A stretch of DNA of 64,000 nucleotides from Eledone cirrhosa (Eukaryota), in contig OZ024751.1 of assembly GCA_964016885.1 (NCBI GenBank), forward strand, positions 38,564,001 to 38,628,000. Reading direction: 5' to 3'. Shown one piece after another: positions 45,191-60,383 of the stretch. Every line of letters begins with the position of its first letter. Position 1 is the first letter of the stretch. The translations under genes and the position numbers were made by a program. The notes beneath the pieces were generated by a model that saw only the letters and a program-made list of their open reading frames with translations, had not been told where the DNA came from and did no database searches.

Positions 45191-45348
45191 TATATATAAT
45201 ATATATATACGTACATACATACATATATATATATCAAAAGCTTGTATTAAGTTAGAAACTAAAAATAGTCTCATTACAGTAAATTAGCTCTAGGAGAAAC
45301 TCTTTTCCGAGCCGTATTTAACTGATCAAAAAGGAAAAAACGAACACA

Positions 45349-45401
<53 letters not shown>

Positions 45402-45574
45402 ATCCAAATCGTAATGGATCAAAATACCAACTACAGACAAAAGGGTTTGCTGGACTCAATTTAAGAACAAATTAAGAAAAATAAATACCATTTTTGTTCA
45501 GTTATATATATATATATATACTTCTTTTGTTTAATATAAGGAACTGTTTCATTGTTTTATTCATTATTTGTTTA

Positions 45575-45679
<105 letters not shown>

Positions 45680-45997
45680 TAGTAAAAATATATACAAAGT
45701 TCAAATCGAGATCTAAACACCGATTCTCCGTGGCCTTCTCCTTTGGATCTCCTTTGATAATGGATGGACAATCCGAAATAATGCCAGAAATTCTTGTTCT
45801 TTTATTCTCACCACTCTAAATTGTCTTCTAACTTGCTGCTCTAGAATTTCCACCCCACCTCAACTGTAAGGTTTCCTAAACATAACCATATTTTATATAT
45901 CTCACCCGTTATCATATCTGGCACACTCACCCAGTATTTTATCTGACTCCCCACCCAATTAGACTCCTATAAATATGACTACCATCCATTATTCTAT

Positions 45998-46324
45998 GAT
46001 TGGCAGTATCAGTAGAGGGTCGGACGCCATGCTTTGACGCATAGAGTTACAGCCCTTTCCATTCTGAGTTCAAATCCCGCCGAGTTTAACTTTGCCTTTC
46101 ATCCTTACGGGGTCGATAAAATAAAGTACCACTAATGTACTGGATAATTGCTGGCCTTGTGCCAAAAGTAAAAACTATTATTATATCTGACTGGGCGGTG
46201 GATTGGCAGTATCGGTATAGGGTCGGACGCCATGCTTTGATGCATAGAGTTACGGCTCTTGCCATTCTGAGTTCAAATCTCGCCGAGGTCAACATTGCCT
46301 ATCATCGTTATGAGGTGTACCAGT
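45998..46324 (+). mobile_element. Two tandem SINE S1 copies (second 3'-truncated)
   Basis: Copies at 45998-46182 and 46193-46324. Confidence 0.9.
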
Positions 46325-47120
46325 CCACATAATTAGTCCACATAATTAGACTCCCACCAATATTTTATCTCAATCCCCCCACCCCCATTAATATGTCTAC
46401 CAGTCATCAGTATAAGACTCATCAATATGACTATTCTCACTTTCATACCTGACACCAAAATAGAAACATTGACAAGGTGTCATATGTTTCAGTTTTAAAT
46501 AAAACAGGATCTGCTTTTAAATATTTTTTGTACTTTGTATTCCCTCAGTTATATATTTATGAAAGGGAAGACCTCTATATTCCTAATACAAGACTTTATC
46601 TTTTGAATTTGTAGCTGAATGTTATGACAGTGTTTTCTTTGATTATGTGTGTTTGTGTGTTTATATATGTATGTGGTGGGATTATTGTTGTCCATTATGT
46701 AGTTTTGTCTATACCTTAGTCTCCCAATAAAGCTGTCTAGTGTATCCCATCTATATGATTAAGCTGTCAGAAATTAATATGATACCGTGAGAGTTATGTA
46801 TGAAGGATCACAGAACTCGCTAACCTTCTCACTTACTTGCCTCGCAATACAGATTCGTGTCAATACACCGAGATCATGCTGTCGATATGAAAGATACTAT
46901 ATACAATACGTCGAAGAAACTATACAAAATGCTATTAGAACTTATATATTATAATTATATTAATTGAACAGGGACGGATGGTTCTTCTTACTCGCCCCAT
47001 CGTCATATTTTGACAGAAAAGTAAAATTCTTTCATTCGCTTTGACACACAAAACTAAAATAATTAAGATTAAAGAAGGGCTGCATCAATTTAGGATGGGA
47101 AATATAAATGACAAACTAAC

Positions 47121-47398
<278 letters not shown>

Positions 47399-48009
47399 TA
47401 TACAAAGGATATATAATTGTTTCTACGTTCGGCAACAACTTGAAGGAAGGGGTGAAAGTCGATTAATAACTAGGTTAAACAATCTGCTATATTGTGTACT
47501 TTTTTTTGGAAAAAGCGTAATTCTAATGAAGAAGGAGTTCGAAATATAACATGAGAGTTAGTTGGAATGAAGAGGAGATACATGGCGAATATGAAAGAAA
47601 TGTTGGCAAAATAAAAGACTATGTGAATGTGAGGTAGAATTGGCTGACGAAGAGTGACTTGAAAACCGAAACTGAAGCAATGGTTTCTGCAATAGAGGAG
47701 CAGTCACACAGGGTAAACTTTGTGAAGTGAATAAAAGAAACACTACTGATAACAAAAAGTGCAAGGTCCTCTTCATCCCATCCCCTAAATACGTTATGCA
47801 GCAGAACCTTTTTTGTTAAGCTTCTCCACTTAACCCCATTCCCTTGAAGAAAGTCAACATTTTAATAATTTTTCTTCATTAACATTTTGGACAATATATT
47901 TTCCTTTTCATTTATAAAAAAATCAAAAAATTCTATACTTTGTCACTTGGCTAGTTGTCCGGATGACTATTGCGTGGTGTAATAAAACATCTGACTGATA
48001 AAATGACAA

Positions 48010-48250
48010 GTCAGTCAATCATATCGGTGGCCTCCCCACAGCTCCGGCGGACGGAATGGAGAAGGCGTTTCCCCGGAGGACGGCAAGGGAGATGCGCTGG
48101 AAAAGCCATTCCAGCTCGCGAGGCTCACACCTGCAGCTGGCCAGCTCAGTGCCTATGATGGTGAGTAGGGAGGTAGACCTAGGGCCGAGGACACCAGAAG
48201 TCTCCACTGCCAAGGGTACAACCGCAAACCTGTCGGAGGGCGACCGGTAA
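48010..48250 (-). mobile_element. 3' fragment of a CRE-like (RLE-type) non-LTR retrotransposon
   Basis: The minus strand translates YRSPSDRFAVVPLAVETSGVLGPRSTSLLTIIGTELASCRCEPRELEWLFQRISLAVLRGNAFSI. This matches the FxPxAxETxG..LxQRxSxAxxRGNA C-terminus of CRE-clade elements, in a GC-rich island. Confidence 0.75.
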
Positions 48251-48417
48251 TGTGTGGTGAAAAAGGGAGAAATAGTGTAGCATAAATCCGTCTTTTGGAG
48301 CCCAGTGTAACACTAAAAACAATACCAGATAATCTACAATGGTTTCTATCCCTGGCAAAATTGTTCTGTTATAAATGTCGATAATAATCATAAAGATAAT
48401 ATAGTTTTATGATATAG

Positions 48418-48518
48418 TCACAATGCCACCAATTTTGGGTGGGGGTGAGAGCCAATTGCATCCGACAACATTATTTCATTAGTACTTTATTTAATCGACC
48501 CCAGAAGGATAAAAAGCC
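48418..48518 (-). mobile_element. Old S1-related SINE 3' fragment
   Basis: agtactttatttaatcgaccccagaaggataaaaagc. Confidence 0.55.
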
Positions 48519-49542
48519 ATCCCATCACGGTTAACATTACTGTTTATGCCTTTTCTAGTAATACATTGTTATATTACTAATACTTGTAGTAGCAATAATA
48601 GTGAGAAGTACTATTGTTGCGGTTGTAGTGGTATATCTTAATACATTACAGGATAGGATATTATACTCTTCAATCCAACTACATATCCGGAGGAAAGATA
48701 GAGATAATGAGAAGAAATACATTTAGATAGAAAGTTAAAGAAAGGAAAAAAGAGATAAGGCTTATTTCTACTAGAAGATATTACAAGGAAAATAACTATG
48801 TCTTTCATCTTCCATCTTTCATTTATCAGGAAAAATTAATTTCGGGGAATCTATACATTGTATATAACCTCATGTTGCGCAATACTGAAGGAAGTGAAGG
48901 AATCAGGATTATTTTTAATTTATTTTTTCAAATCAAAATGTTGTTCAATAGATTTGTTTATATTTCTTCGTCTATGTGATTATTTCTAGCTGTTTTTGGC
49001 AGTCTGCAATGTTTAAATACTTACTGTGTGTTTTGCTGTTTTTCAACTCATGAGATGATAAAATTTCTATAGTAAATTTAATGATTTTGTAGCACGAATC
49101 AAACTGAATTAGCATCAATGTATATACTTTTCTATCACTATATGCTACAACGCCTGAGAACACGCACATCTTCCTGGTAGTCAGTGCTAGACACATTGCA
49201 CTTTTCAATTTTCAATTTTCCTAGATTTCTGGGAACTAGAGTTGCACATTAGTGACCAACATATTAGTGATACACATACATTTAAAAATATTTAAGGGTG
49301 TATATTAAAACATATAGAATCATATACTACACATCTACATGCAATAAAAATATGGGTAGACTCACTATCAAAGAAAATAATTCTTGAAGCTAAGGAAAAA
49401 CGAGAAAGAAGATATAGTGGATGTTACATTTGCTATCATTTATTATTGTGGATATAGTTTGCTTAAAATATTCACTATCATGTACAGGGCATGAGTATAT
49501 TTAACTGAGATTATACATACATGCATGCATTCATAAATACAT

Positions 49543-50149
49543 GGTGGCTGCCAACTCGTTTTCGAGTACGGCCACTACTTTATATCCATGTAGAAGAACC
49601 CCTACCGATGCGCTGAACAAGTGTGCCTTTTTAGTCCAGCCAGCGACTTGAAAACTCTGGTACAAACACTACACTTGTGACAATTATTGACACATAGTGC
49701 TGGGCCCATGGTACCATGTGACGACAAGTGCAGAGAGATCTCCAGATATAAAGCAATGCCTGTACCGTGAAGCTTTTATAGTGAGCAAAGTCTCTGCACA
49801 AAGCCAGTCCCACTCTCTTAACCAAGATGATATTTACCAAAAAGAAGAACAAGTCAACATCATTGGATACCATCAGGGTTGCAGGTGTTATATCAGAGTT
49901 TTCCTTCTCCTAGAATTCTGCCTTGACAAAGGCTAAGGGGTCATCTCTCCCGGTGATTTTGGATGGCCATTGACTCTTAAGAGCTCCTTTGCCCTTTGAC
50001 AGGTTTTGTTTTTAGTCCTGCAGGATGTCCAAAGTCACCCTCCTCACCGAGAAACCTTGGTGGGGTTGCCAGTTTAGTCGCCAACGACCCGACCATGAGA
50101 CAGGTTGTACTGGGATACATGTTACCAGTACCACCAACTGGTGACCTGA
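49543..50149 (-). mobile_element. Non-autonomous RTE-derived element, complete ~607-bp copy with TSD
   Basis: cataaatacat at 49532-49542 and 50150-50160; homologous to 44029-44559; no ORF. Confidence 0.75.
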
Positions 50150-50154
50150 CATAA

Positions 50155-50276
<122 letters not shown>

Positions 50277-50789
50277 ATATGTATATATTGGTGGCTGTGA
50301 ACACAAAGAGAGAGAATGAGAGTGAAGCAGACTGAGTATGATATATTCAGCTATTATCAATTAATCTAACATGACCCGAGTGCAAAAGTTTATGGCCATC
50401 GACATTGTCCAATGAATGGATAGATAATAATTGTTATACACGATATTTACTTTCGACTCTAGATCTTGTTAGTATTGGAAATTTGCAAATTTTGCAGATG
50501 AATAGTATCTAAAGAATAGCAAACATTTCATCACTTTCTGACGAAAGATTCGGACTGAAACCTCAGAATAATCTTTATATCATTGCCAAAAGAGTTAATT
50601 TCACCTTGGATAACTGTGTTACAATTTGCCTATTCAGACTATAATTTGTTATATAATATTTAATCTGTCGTTCTAATATAGTTAATAACTCACATGATTC
50701 TTCTGATGTGAGTTACACAATTCTTCTGATGTGAGTTAATGATCTGTTACAATGTTTATTAGATTATTGAGTCATTACATTAGAAACAA

Positions 50790-50897
50790 AAGGGTGGTCG
50801 ATTGTAAGAACCGTTAGAGCGTCAAGCAAATGTATCCGGCTATTTCACTTATGAGTTCAAATTTACTGAGATCAATTTTCTGTTTCATAATCTGGGG
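50790..50897 (+). mobile_element. Old S1-related SINE head
   Basis: gaaccgttagagcgtc..tgagttcaaatttactgagatcaatttt..tttcat. Confidence 0.45.
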
Positions 50898-51597
50898 CAA
50901 GTCCATCTGTTTTTCTTTCCTTTCTATCTATGTTCCATCTGAGTGTCTCTCACAATTCACTACACTGTACTTGTACAAACAATGCCGTTTCAACAGAATA
51001 TGCCCAGAGAGACCAAAGCCGGTGAACATCGAAAGACACAGATGATGTAAAACGGGAAGGTGTTTAATATAATAAACTGCAGTGCCACATATTTGAACTT
51101 GAAATCCATGTAATGAGTTCGGAGGAATTGTTTATGAATATGTTTATCAATTGAAATCTGTGTTGTATCGTACAATGTGTGACAATTTGCAGTATTACTT
51201 GAAAGTCAATAGTTTTGCAGATGATGAAGTCATATAAATGTTTTGTATTTTTTAAGGAAGTTTTTCTAATAGTTTCATGTGCTAAGGTAATTTACTAGTT
51301 AATAGAGTCAATACTGGTGTATATTATTCCCCTGAGTAATAAAATGCTCAACATAGACGCACGGTGTTACCAGTTTATTCGTGTACTATTCCATTTCAGT
51401 TCATATATAACGATACGATAAACAAAACACTCACACTCATATCTGATATAGAAATACTTATGACAACAGGTGCTGAACAACAAAAGATGTGGGATATCAA
51501 ATCTAACCAAATTCTTACAAAAATATCGCTTGTTTACATTTTGTGAAACTGAAATATGTTTAATCACGATGGATATATATACACACACACACACAAC

Positions 51598-51628
<31 letters not shown>

Positions 51629-51633
51629 CCACA

Positions 51634-51752
<119 letters not shown>

Positions 51753-52777
51753 GCGTCTTGTGAGATCAGAAAAGCGATTATCTAATAACGATCAGTTGTT
51801 CTCACATGAGACTTTTCAGTTTTAAAATTCCACCACAAACAACATATACAATTGTATAACTAAATCAATATACAGAAATTTCATAGGAAAACTTCTGGAA
51901 TTATCTAAATAATGTATCAGTTTCTATGAATTGAGTACAATTTGACGATTGCTCCCACGTCAGTTCCTACTGCTGTTTAATAAATTGAACATCTAACAAT
52001 TGAATTGACGTGTAATGGGTTGAATATTCCAGAATACATAGTTGTATACTTAAAGTAATTCTGAAGCATGACATATTATGTCTTATGGTTGCTCGTTAGA
52101 AATATAGATGCAATCAATTCGATTGGTGTCACGAAGTTTCCTACTCCGAAATAACATTCTATCTCATGATTCTGAAGCAGGATTCTTAACAGTTAAGCAA
52201 TGCATGAGTTGAGATCAAGATGGCGTTCACAGAAAAGCTACCAATTCATGAATCATATTATTTTGACAAACTACATTTCTAGACTCTGCTCAATGTGTGT
52301 TCATTCTTGAAAAGCTGATCTTTGCCAGCCTTGTAATGTATGAAACTAGAATTGGTATGAGAGACAGAGGCAGTGATAGTGGGAGTCTGGTTCCTTTGTA
52401 TTCGGATCTGGGTATTCGGATCTGGTGTATATATGTATATGTGTCACGGCCTCACACTGACACGGTGGCAATATAATTTGATATGTAACCACTAAAACTA
52501 TTAATATGACTATCGCAATAATGCTACCACTCGTTGCACGTTATTATTTACATTCCCAATCTAACGTATGAACATTTATTCAGTAAAAATTTACTTTATA
52601 TATCATAAACATCTAACAGTCATTTTTGAAACAGGTTATTGATAACATTACTGTTGGATAGCGAAATTATACAAACGTATGAGCGTATGATGATATCGAT
52701 ACCGCCAAATTTTCTTCTGGTATGCCCTGTTTAATTGTGTGTACTGTCAAAACTAATTGTTTCTCTTTTAGGAAAAA

Positions 52778-52887
52778 TGGCACCAATTTAAAAGGGAGGG
52801 GAAAGTTGATTAAATCGACTCCAGTACATTACTGGTGTTTCATATATTGATAGGCAAAGATAAATACGGCGAGATATGAACTCAGAA
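52778..52887 (-). mobile_element. Old S1-related SINE fragment
   Basis: gattaaatcgactccagtacattactggt..ggcaaag..cggcgagatatgaactcaga. Confidence 0.55.
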
Positions 52888-53318
52888 TTTAATGCAAATA
52901 ATGTTAACTTTCCCTGCAACGTTTAAAGATATTAGAGTAGAATTTGAGGTATAATTGCCACTATTTCCAGCAACTCGGGCTAATACGTGCATGCACCATA
53001 TTGACTCAATGTAGCAATAGTATACTTGGATGTTGCAATTGATTAATGCAATGATTGCGCATTATAAATTGAAGTAGTTATTTCATTACATGTTTACGAA
53101 AATTGATATCAAATATACATCACATATAATACATCAAATATCTCAAATATATCAAATACATCGGATATATGAATTGCATCTAATATAGCAAATGTATAAA
53201 GCTTATCAGGTAAATCTAATTTATCAAAATACATATTTCTCTATCGTATATTTCGGATTTGGTGAATAGAAATTTACTCCTATAATCGCCAGACATAAGA
53301 TTGAAGAGAATAGGAGAT

Positions 53319-53690
53319 TTAACCTTTTCGATACCATATTTCTAATGAAACACGCCGTCTATGTCTTTCAAATAGTTTTCAATATAATCAGGACTTTGGA
53401 GGGATTTAGTAATATAACTTTCTCATTATTAAGCTGGTGCTTGGAAAATGACTTGACAAAGGTTGTTACGTAGATTCATGATGGAAGATTTTTAGATAAA
53501 TATGTACAGTTTAACCCTTATGATACGATATTTCCAATGAAAAGCAATGCCTACGATTTTCATTTAATCTTGATATTAACAGTTTCGAAAGATTTAGTAA
53601 TATACATAATTTTCGCATTAAAAATCTCTATTTTGTACATAAACTTTCTTGCATATAGAAAGTTTTTAGATAAACATAAACAATGTTTAA
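53319..53690 (+). mobile_element. Two tandem decayed copies of a piggyBac-like MITE end
   Basis: TTAAccttttcgataccatatttc (53319) and TTAAcccttatgatacgatatttc (53511), each followed by gatttagtaatata and gaa(g/a)..tttttagataaa. Confidence 0.5.
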
Positions 53691-55050
53691 TTTAAAGACT
53701 TTATATTCATCTAAAAGTCTCCCATTATAATGCTATGTAAAAACTTACGTTAAGTTATGTTTGAAACACTTAATTAAGGATAGGTATGCTAATTAAATAT
53801 TAAGTTCTTCCAAATTCTTGATTATATCCAACTTCTTTTTAAAGTCATAGGCATTGGGTGATTTTTCATTATAAATATGCCTATGGATTTTGAGTGAGTC
53901 CCCAGCAAATTGTTCATTTACGTTACAGATCTTAGGCATAACTGTCATACTAGATAAACATACATGAATACTTGATGACGCCAATAAAACCGTTTTACAA
54001 ATATTCTCTTTTCAAATTTTAACTTCGAAATACTTAGACTATTGTCTTCGTCAAAATCTTAAATATTCAGTTATTGCTAACATCTTGTTAAATATAATAA
54101 ATGTCTGTTAATATATGTTATATTTGTCCATTTATTCATGTATAACATGCATATATTCCACTCATAACTGACTGTAACTGCGCCATCTTTATGTTTCCGG
54201 ATTACATCATAAACATTCGTGAATACAGACAATTCAAAGAGATGTGTATAAAGACAATAAGGAATTCTCACATTGTTGCAAAGCTATACATTTGAAAGAA
54301 AGGGATACACCAAACCATTGAATATGTTCCCAGCATGTTCATGCATTATGTTGTCAACCCTTGAAGGAAGAAAGTTACAGATAATAGCAACCATTCTTAT
54401 TTGAATTCATTAGATAAAAGGGACCTTACGAAATATGGTAACACATGTAACCATGCATGCTATTTGTTCTCTTACACAGTTATCGATAATTGATTAAGTA
54501 GTATATTGAGCCGAAAAGGATCAAAACAAAAGTTTATATCGGATATATTAAACAGGCAATATGCAGGAAAACTATTCCATGTTACATTGAGGCTGGATCA
54601 ATTTACTACTCACTGAACCATCACAACCTCTCAGGGAATTTGAAATAATCGGGTTGGCCTCTATATCTAAACACATTGAACTGTACACCCAACTAATATT
54701 AACACTTCTCCGAAAGGTTTGCTCTTTCTCCAGTATATTTCTCCCTTATTGCTATTCCTTCATCGAATCGGATCGATTCGGCATCAATCTACGATTATAG
54801 TGTGACCATATAGACAATCACACCATGAATGATTACATACGTAATACAGTAATCCAGAATCTGATCTTCGTAGGCTTTATTTAACCCGTCGGGAGAGACA
54901 CTTGCATCGTCCAAAAATTAAACTACTAACTACACCCCCCCCCCCATGACACACACATATATATATATTATATATATATAAACACAAACGTACACTGGGT
55001 ACAAAATATTTAATATTAAATTCATTTGCATTTAATATTCGAGAAATTTG

Positions 55051-55631
55051 CTCATCATCATCATATCTTGCCGTGCCAGTGCCGTATCCATTGAAGTGCA
55101 GCGTCGTTTGCTTCCATCAGGTGTTGGTCGGAGCATGTGTGTCCCAGTGATCACCCACGGAGGATTCGGGCTATGGTCTGGGAGGTCTCGCCGCAGGGGC
55201 ACTCAGCGCAGGTGGCCAATCCCCATTTGTGGAGCTTGTGTCGCCAGTTTTGCCTGTTTTGGCTTTGGCCTTGTTTAGGGTTACCCAGTCCTTTCTGCTA
55301 AGAGATGTTCCATTGGGGAGGCTTTCATTTGGGCTTGGTAAGGCCGCGTTGGGTGGGCGGCGGCCACTCTCCCCCCACTTTTCCAACGTGTAAGCCGCCG
55401 ATTGTGCATGATCCAGGCTATCCACGGTTAAGAAGCTTTTTCGAGATTTTAATCGTCTTCTTATTTCCTGGTGGCCATAGAGTGGATGACTGGGATCGTG
55501 TTGTTGTTTGCACCGTTCAGTTTTGCGTTCACCTCTCGTCGTATGTGGGGTGGTGGAATGCCGGGAAGAGTGTATACGGCTGGAAGGTGAGTTGCTTTTA
55601 ATGTTCCGGTGATCATCCGGCATGATTTGGT
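55051..55631 (-). mobile_element. 5'-truncated Vingi/Ingi-like LINE 3' end with TSD
   Basis: Frameshifted translation CRMITGTLKATHLPAVYTLPGIPPPHIRREV..HPLYGH..RLKSRKSFL..WVTLNK..ECPCGETSQT; (TGA)n tail; TSD gagaaatttg at 55041-55050 and 55632-55641. Confidence 0.8.
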
Positions 55632-57199
55632 GAGAAATTTGGTGAGCATGAACTTATTTCATATAATTCTGAGAGGTATGCTAGTTCTCTTGCTTTCGTT
55701 CATTTTACAAAAATTACCTAACATCCTGCTACTATAAATTATATAAGCATTATCATATGGATTCTCTTGTTCCATTAATAGTTGTGCAGTTAACATAAGA
55801 AACTTTGAGATCTCAAAGTCGGTTGTCCCATGATATGTCATTTCCAGTATACTTATATACTTAACTGACCACATATTTCAATTAGCCTATCTGAAGATAT
55901 CGATCACTATCCTAACATTAATATTTATGCATCAATATATATATTGGTAGGGGACAAGTAAATATAGAGACGTTATGTATCTGAGTGTAAGAGAGAGGGG
56001 AATAGATTGACAGAGAGACAGAGTAACATACAGGCAAAAAGAGAGGGGGGGGGGTAGACTGAGGCAGAGATAGGAACAGGGACATATTTATACAGAGAGA
56101 GGGAGAGAAAGATACAGAATGAATGAAACGGAGAAAGAGAAATAAAGAGATTAATAAATTCAGAATATAGAGACATAGGTAGAGAGAAAGAGATACAGAG
56201 AGAAAAATAAAGAGATAGATAAACACAAACTGATATAAAGAGAAGTAGAGAGAGATGAGAAAAATGAAGAGTTAGATAGATAAAGAAAGATATAAAGAGA
56301 AATAGAGAGAGATATGAGAAAAAGAAAGCGAGAAAGAGAGACGAACGTAACCGATAAACAATACGAGTCACTTCCACCATATCGCAATATATGTTGCGTT
56401 TGCATTTCGTATAAACGGATAATGAAACAGTTGAGTCTATATATGAACAGTTATAATAAAGTGTAACACTAATGGCATTTAAATCCGATACTTCGTTCCT
56501 CTCTTTTAACAATGTCAATATTAAGTTCACTATTGTTTGAAGCAATTATATTAACCTTTGCTCATTCTTTAGTCAATGTATATAGTTTTGCTTTCTCTCC
56601 TACCTTCATGTCTCGTAACTGCCATATTTTCATTCTTATAGCTCTCACAACTATATATACACATCTTATTGGTCGTTCGATGTGTTTGTGTTGTGTACAC
56701 TTCCTTCAAAAGCAGTCATTTATAAACGAATTATTTCCTCTATCATATCGACATTTATATTTTCTCTTATGACCTAAATTAATAATACAATTATCTGGCG
56801 CTCTAAACAAAGGTTCTTGTCAGATCGTCGAAGCTAATTGGATAATCGAGCTTACTACACACATTATGTGAGGCATTTTTGGAAACATATTTGCTCATCA
56901 TATAGCAAGCAAAAGCATGGAGAGGGAAACATTAAAGATCGGTTTGTACGTTCGAATTCTTTCATCAGTTCAAAATTGACTATGTGATCGATATTTCTCA
57001 CTCTCAGGTGATCAAATTAAGTTACACTAAGCAGATATGATAGGTCCTTCTTCATTTTCGACGGTGAGAATTCTGTCTTTCGACTCGTCAAATTAAGTAC
57101 GAGTGGATGAGACTTACACAGACACGTGCGTTCTTTATGTAATTACCAGACAGACTCAGCATGCAGCAATATATGACAAAACTAGAGCTTTCAAAGTAC

Positions 57200-57352
57200 A
57201 GATAACATCCGCCAAATTTCGTTTTGACGATCTCACACGACTTCAGCCGAACTTATAGTAAGTTATAGAGATTTATGTTAAGTGCTATATATTGGAATCT
57301 AACGAAGACCATCATGATTGCAAGCGAGCTTTTTAACCAGATATATACACCT
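57200..57352 (-). mobile_element. Old SINE S2, decayed
   Basis: accatcatgattgcaagcgagctttttaacca..acacct resembles the reverse-complemented S2 head. Confidence 0.45.
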
Positions 57353-57983
57353 ATAGATAATCTAGCACTGAGCAAGATATGTAATTAACGATATTAGTGT
57401 AAAATGGACGAGCGTACAGGGATAATTTTCTAAACTAATCTTCATTCAACACCAGATTAACATTCCGACTTGACACTGTAGTTGTATTTTATTTTTTATC
57501 GGGTTACACCCTGAAATATTGGGCCTGTTATATGTAGCTGGACGTCATGTAGGCAAGACGGCTGCTGGTCCTTCAGAAAATATTTTCTCAGAATTGGAAA
57601 GAAATTTTCCAGGTGCAGAGTTATGGACAAGCATGTCCGAAGGTAGCCGATGAAATAAAAACAAATCTCACTATTTGCTGCTTATAGTTATTAATTTACT
57701 ATATACAAAATTAACCATTTTGCTATATACAAGGTGTTTCTTTCCTTGGTATTTCCCTTAAATGGGATATATATTATATGACGCTTTTTTTAATTTATTT
57801 ATCTGAATTAATGAATATTTAATTGCTGTCGCTTGTAGATAACGTTATAACTTACACATTTTTTAGATTTCTTTCTTTTATAAGATTTTCTAAATTTTAC
57901 TCTATCTGTTGGCAAAACTAACAAATCTTTAATTAATTCAAAACATATTTATCTATATAACTCTCTCGTTCTCTCTATCTCAG

Positions 57984-58672
<689 letters not shown>

Positions 58673-58852
58673 TGGATATTCGCAGCATATAAATCTGATC
58701 ACAAACACATACAAACTGAATATCAAAACAATAAAATAAAACGTTGTTTGTAAACAACTGTAATCGTTAGCAGAAGAGAAGTCATATATATATATTTGTT
58801 TATGTGTGATGCACGTAAGTGTGTGCGTGCGACTGTATATATGCATGCATTC

Positions 58853-58934
<82 letters not shown>

Positions 58935-58977
58935 ATATGTGAATGTATATATATATGTATATATATATATATATGTG

Positions 58978-59021
<44 letters not shown>

Positions 59022-59455
59022 GTAACAGCTCGGCGTATGAAATATCTGTAGGAAACAAACATTAACGAAGAACAAAAAACAAAACATAATTTTATCGGAA
59101 ATAAATGTATTCTACTAATTTAGATATATTTGTAATTAGCAGTTTGCATTGAATGGAATTATTCTATGCGAATGAGGCATCATGTGGTAACCAGATATAA
59201 TCTATTCCTTCATATTTACGTGCTGCATTGCCGCTACAGTTCTTTGGTAATACTCATGAATCTTGATTATAAAATAGTTTCATAGATGTTTTATTTATGC
59301 TGAGCACACATTTAGAATATGTATATCTTCGGGGAAAGAAATGCGAATATTTTATGTTATGCTACAGCTATTTGTAATGACCTTTGCTTGCTTATACGAA
59401 ATTTGATAATGTAATATGGATAGTTTTCAACCAAACATGTATATATGTAAAATAC

Positions 59456-59760
<305 letters not shown>

Positions 59761-60352
59761 TATATATATATATATATATACAGTAATAATAATAATATTT
59801 ATCCTTATATATGTTTTATATACAATTATAAATATGGAGGGTAGTACTAAGTACTAGCCAGTTACCAGTAGAAGAAAAGGCTCAATGCAAATTATCAAGT
59901 GTATTACAGAGCCGAGATACAAAATATAAAAAATCAAATCTTAGTTTAATACATTTATGGAATCATCAGAGCATAGAGACTGTTTAAACTGGTAATTAAA
60001 ATCCTAGTCTTCAGAACATTTAGGTAGATACATTACTATTGTCAGTGTCATAGACATCATATAGAAAATCGGGAGTTACAAAAGAATGTTATGTTTCAGA
60101 AAACACATTACAAGGAGCAATGGTGTAAAGTGAAATATTAAGCATATTATGTATAAAAAGATGTTGTTTAAGGTAATACATGTGCAAAAGGTACAAGCAA
60201 AAAAAAGATGTAAGATAAGATATATAAAAGATATCATAGCATTGGAAATCAGGTAATGTTAAGGGTATATAATGCAAGATAGGGTACACAATTAATAAAG
60301 GGTATACAATTAATAAAGGCATGTATGAGGTAACAGTGGTATAAGAGTTTAA

Positions 60353-60383
<31 letters not shown>

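Noticed and set aside
47644-47676. CTGACGA..GAAAC
   Set aside because: There is no convincing helix II or III; likely chance.
50538-50570. CTGACGA..GAAAC hammerhead-like spacing
   Set aside because: Helix I and helix III do not pair and there is no NUH site; at best a decayed remnant.
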